From: Mycolicibacterium smegmatis
Lineage (GTDB): Bacteria > Actinomycetota > Actinomycetes > Mycobacteriales > Mycobacteriaceae
DNA: 32,000 nucleotides
Direction: 5' to 3'
Assembly: GCF_001457595.1 (NCBI RefSeq)
Contig: NZ_LN831039.1
Location: forward strand, 240,001 to 272,000
Shown here in pieces: positions 31,237 through 32,000 of this stretch. The notes beneath the pieces are model-generated. The model was given only the letters and a program-made list of their open reading frames with translations, was not told where the DNA came from and did not search any database. The position numbers and the translations under genes are program-made. Position 1 is the first letter of the stretch. Each line of letters starts with the position of its first letter.

Positions 31237-31512
31237 ATGAGTGCCAGCGTGACCGTGTTGGTGCAGTCGCTGATCGCGCGCGGGGACCGCGATGATCTCG
31301 ACCATGCGCAGCGGGTCATCGACCGGTTCGCGGCCCTTCCCACTGATCCGGGCTTCGTGCTGTACGACGTCCAGCTGATGCGATTGCGCGCCCTGCTGGC
31401 CCGTGCACGAGGGGACGAGGAACGGTACCGCGAGTGTTCGGACCGCTATCGCGAACTCGCGACGGCGTACCGCTACGAGGGCCACATGGCGCTGGCCGCG
31501 CGAATGGCGTGA
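31230..31512 (+). pseudogene. 3' fragment of the IS-disrupted cyclase/NTPase/TPR gene
   Basis: The frame (IN)MSASVTVLVQSLIARGDRDDLDHAQRVIDRFAALPTDPGFVLYDVQLMRLRALLARARGDEERYRECSDRYRELATAYRYEGHMALAARMA continues the helical-repeat C-terminus. It is in frame with 26697-29573 once 1663 bp (IS plus one repeat copy) is removed. Confidence 0.75.
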
Positions 31513-31519
31513 CAGTCGA

Positions 31520-31588
31520 TCACCGCGAGCGTGCGTGGACTGCTGAGGATTTACGGTGTGTCCGGCAGCAGGCACGCACGCTCGCGGT
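31520..31588. terminator. Long hairpin (perfect 17-bp outer stem) between convergent genes
   Basis: CACCGCGAGCGTGCGTG (31520-31536) pairs with CACGCACGCTCGCGGTG (31572-31588). An inner CTGCTG/CAGCAG pairing lies within the loop. Confidence 0.55.
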
Positions 31589-31602
31589 GCGGAGCAAAAA
31601 AT

Positions 31603-32000
31603 TTAGGTGCAGACTGCGCCGACGGCGGCGGACTGGACCAGCTTGGTGTACTTGGCCAGCACACCGGTCTTGTACCGCGGCGGCAGGGGCTCGAAGCCGG
31701 CCTTGCGGGCCTCGAACTCTTCTTCGTCGACGAGCACGTCGAGCGTGCCCTTGGCGACGTCGAGGCGGATGCGGTCACCGTCGCGCACGAACGCGATCGG
31801 GCCGCCGTCGACGGCCTCCGGCGCGATGTGCCCGACGCACAGACCCGTCGTACCGCCCGAGAACCGACCGTCGGTCATCAGCAGCACGTCCTTGCCCAGA
31901 CCCGCACCCTTGATGGCGCCGGTGATCGCGAGCATCTCGCGCATACCGGGACCGCCCTTGGGGCCCTCGTAGCGGATCACCACGACGTCGCCCGCCTGGA
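31603..32000 (-). CDS. ilvD: Dihydroxy-acid dehydratase, C-terminal part (gene continues beyond the window)
   Basis: [74 protein letters not shown] is the conserved IlvD C-terminal region. The frame is open to nt 32000. Confidence 0.9.
   Translation of the reverse strand, partial: QAGDVVVIRYEGPKGGPGMREMLAITGAIKGAGLGKDVLLMTDGRFSGGTTGLCVGHIAPEAVDGGPIAFVRDGDRIRLDVAKGTLDVLVDEEEFEARKAGFEPLPPRYKTGVLAKYTKLVQSAAVGAVCT

Noticed and set aside
31237-31512. A stand-alone 91-aa gene starting at ATG 31237.
   Set aside because: Its frame is open upstream to the duplicated GATAAAC and continues the interrupted cyclase/NTPase/TPR protein. I treat it as the 3' fragment of a pseudogene, although residual expression from the ATG cannot be excluded.

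Overview
This is a GC-rich actinobacterial chromosome segment, almost certainly from a fast-growing Mycobacterium/Mycolicibacterium (M. smegmatis-like). That attribution is an inference from protein content and gene order. From my memory of M. tuberculosis H37Rv, the backbone pirin - sigG - monoacylglycerol lipase - DUF2786 - HExxH metallohydrolase - O-methyltransferase - ilvD follows the Rv0181c..Rv0189c order, interrupted by accessory blocks. I call about 30 protein-coding genes, one insertion sequence and one IS-disrupted gene. I saw no rRNA, tRNA or CRISPR.

Gene content from left to right:
- Two tandem large exported low-charge proteins that share only a Lys-rich C-terminal module and its terminator hairpin.
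- An ABM monooxygenase and a MarR regulator, divergently arranged.
- An acyltransferase-3/SGNH membrane protein.
- A lipoprotein RNase Sa-like ribonuclease coupled to a barstar-like inhibitor.
- A secreted phosphodiester glycosidase.
- A co-directional pirin / PQQ-type dehydrogenase lipoprotein / AraC / VOC / class-II UvrA-like ABC ATPase cluster.
- SDR, NDMA-type alcohol dehydrogenase and PhnB-like VOC genes.
- SigG-type ECF sigma factor, monoacylglycerol lipase, and an alpha/beta-hydrolase-fold lipoprotein with no nucleophile serine.
- A DUF2786 + metallohydrolase pair and an O-methyltransferase.
- A TetR-controlled mmpS-mmpL pair.
- A zinc-ribbon/cyclase/P-loop NTPase/TPR gene split by an IS with a 7-bp target duplication.
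- The 3' end of ilvD.

The candidates I consider most worth follow-up are the modular Lys-tailed exported protein pair, the AraC-VOC-UvrA2 cassette, the lipid-anchored RNase/barstar pair, the DUF2786/HExxH pair and the IS-inactivated cyclase-STAND gene.

All homology statements come from reading the translations against remembered family signatures. No database search was run. I found no clearly new multi-gene system that I can prove from sequence alone.
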